Shown here: one piece after another, positions 62,900-64,000 of the stretch
Layout: every line of letters begins with the position of its first letter
Position numbering within the stretch: the first letter of the stretch is position 1
Assembly: GCA_051294375.1 (NCBI GenBank)
Contig: CM119263.1
Span: 25,820,436-25,884,435 of the forward strand
Origin: Paraspadella gotoi
Lineage: Eukaryota; Animalia; Chaetognatha
Direction of reading: 5' to 3'
DNA: 64,000 bases
The notes under the pieces: generated by a model
What the model was told of the DNA's origin: nothing
Seen by the model: only the letters and a program-made list of their open reading frames with translations
Database searches by the model: none
Position numbers and translations under genes: made by a program

Positions 62900-63811
62900 T
62901 TAAGTCTGATAATGTATCTGCTGCTGCATGTCTCCCTGCTGCTGATACGCGGCAGTGTATATATTCTGCGCCTGCAGGTGGTGCTGCTGGGGCGCGGCGA
63001 GTTGATGCGTGACGTGCGTCGCCTCCCGCGTATCGTGGATGATGCTGACGGTTTGCGGAGCGCGGACAAAGTTGGAAGCGTTCGCGTGTTCGCCTTGAAT
63101 GGTAGCCTGGACGGGAGAAATGTATTCGTTACGTTGATGCGATTAATTAATTAATTATGGCGACACTTTAAAATCATTTAACGATAATCACGATTCCTCA
63201 CCATCGACTCGCTGATCTCCGGCACAACGACGACGCCCGTCTTTTCCGATTTCAACGAGTCCCTGTATTTCGAGAGGAACATCTTCAACGGCTCCACGTA
63301 AGAATCGAATCCGAGCGTCGACATCGCGAAGAGCAGATCCTCTCCGTTGATCGTCTTCCGCTTCTCCTGGTGACATCTGTCGGCCGCCTCCGACGTCACG
63401 AACGAGACGAACTCGGAGACGCACTCTTGGACGCACTCTTTAGCGTCCTTGGCGATCTTACCGTTGGACGGAATTCTGAGAGAAATGGAGATTGAAGAAG
63501 AGAGGATTTATATCGATCTTAAATGCCCAACGCTCGACGATGCTGATGCCTCGATGGAAAGGTCTTGGGTTCAAAGAAGAACAATCTTGCTTCGGTAAGA
63601 AATGATGCCAAACTCGGCACACGGTGATTAAATAATATATTGCTCTGGTCATAAAGCTTCGTCCCTCTGAGCCCCTTAGACCAAATAAATTTCTCGGTCT
63701 CAGGAAAGCATACCTGTCTTTCATGATCTTGGCGACATTGGCTATCGGTAGGAATCGATCCTGATCGCGAATTTGCTCGGGATTCTCCGTTTCGTCTTCG
63801 TCGGCGGTCAT
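62900..63811 (-). CDS. NFYB: Nuclear transcription factor Y subunit beta (CCAAT-binding, histone fold), 192 aa, 3 exons
   Basis: Exons: 63811-63714, 63475-63202, 63106-62900. Translation [90 protein letters not shown], followed by a Q/H-rich tail. GT-AG introns in phases 2 and 0. Confidence 0.96.
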
Positions 63812-63813
63812 TG

Positions 63814-63884
63814 ATTGGTTGGGATCGTCTGCTCAAATAATATCGATTGGATAGAAAAGTGTTGACCAATGACTCTTAGCCAAT
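63814..63884. promoter_or_regulatory. Four CCAAT pentamers immediately upstream of the NF-YB ATG
   Basis: ATTGG at 63814 and 63846; CCAAT at 63866 and 63880. Contexts are AACCAATCA, ATCCAATCG, GACCAATGA and AGCCAATAC. Confidence 0.4.
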
Positions 63885-64000
63885 ACATTTTCACAAATGA
63901 ATATATATTCTTAATACGAAAACACGCAAACTCTTGTCAACGTTTATTCTTCTTACATTATTAAATCGATAAAAATACAAATCGGAGTTTGATGGGATGA

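Overview
This is eukaryotic (most likely invertebrate animal) genomic DNA from a gappy draft assembly, extremely rich in (GA)n/(TC)n microsatellites. Almost all ORFs in the supplied track are microsatellite or N-run artefacts. Three spliced genes can be reconstructed by hand with GT-AG introns in consistent phase. (1) An 8-exon MNK/Lk6-family kinase (+, 42102-50237, about 692 aa, with possible upstream first exons). (2) A 4-exon S1 serine protease with an intact triad (-, 55413-52170, 318 aa). (3) A 3-exon NF-YB (-, 63811-62900, 192 aa). The first 40 kb has no recognisable coding sequence. It holds a CCAAT-box promoter cluster, a CLEAR/E-box cluster, an AT-rich foldback element and several minisatellites. 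It also holds roughly 10 kb of indel-rich duplications beside six gaps of exactly 25 N, which look like long-read gap-filling artefacts. I found no convincing new multi-gene system. The best leads are the kinase's elongated activation loop and long tail, the protease's Cys-rich insert and odd activation site, and the motif clusters.
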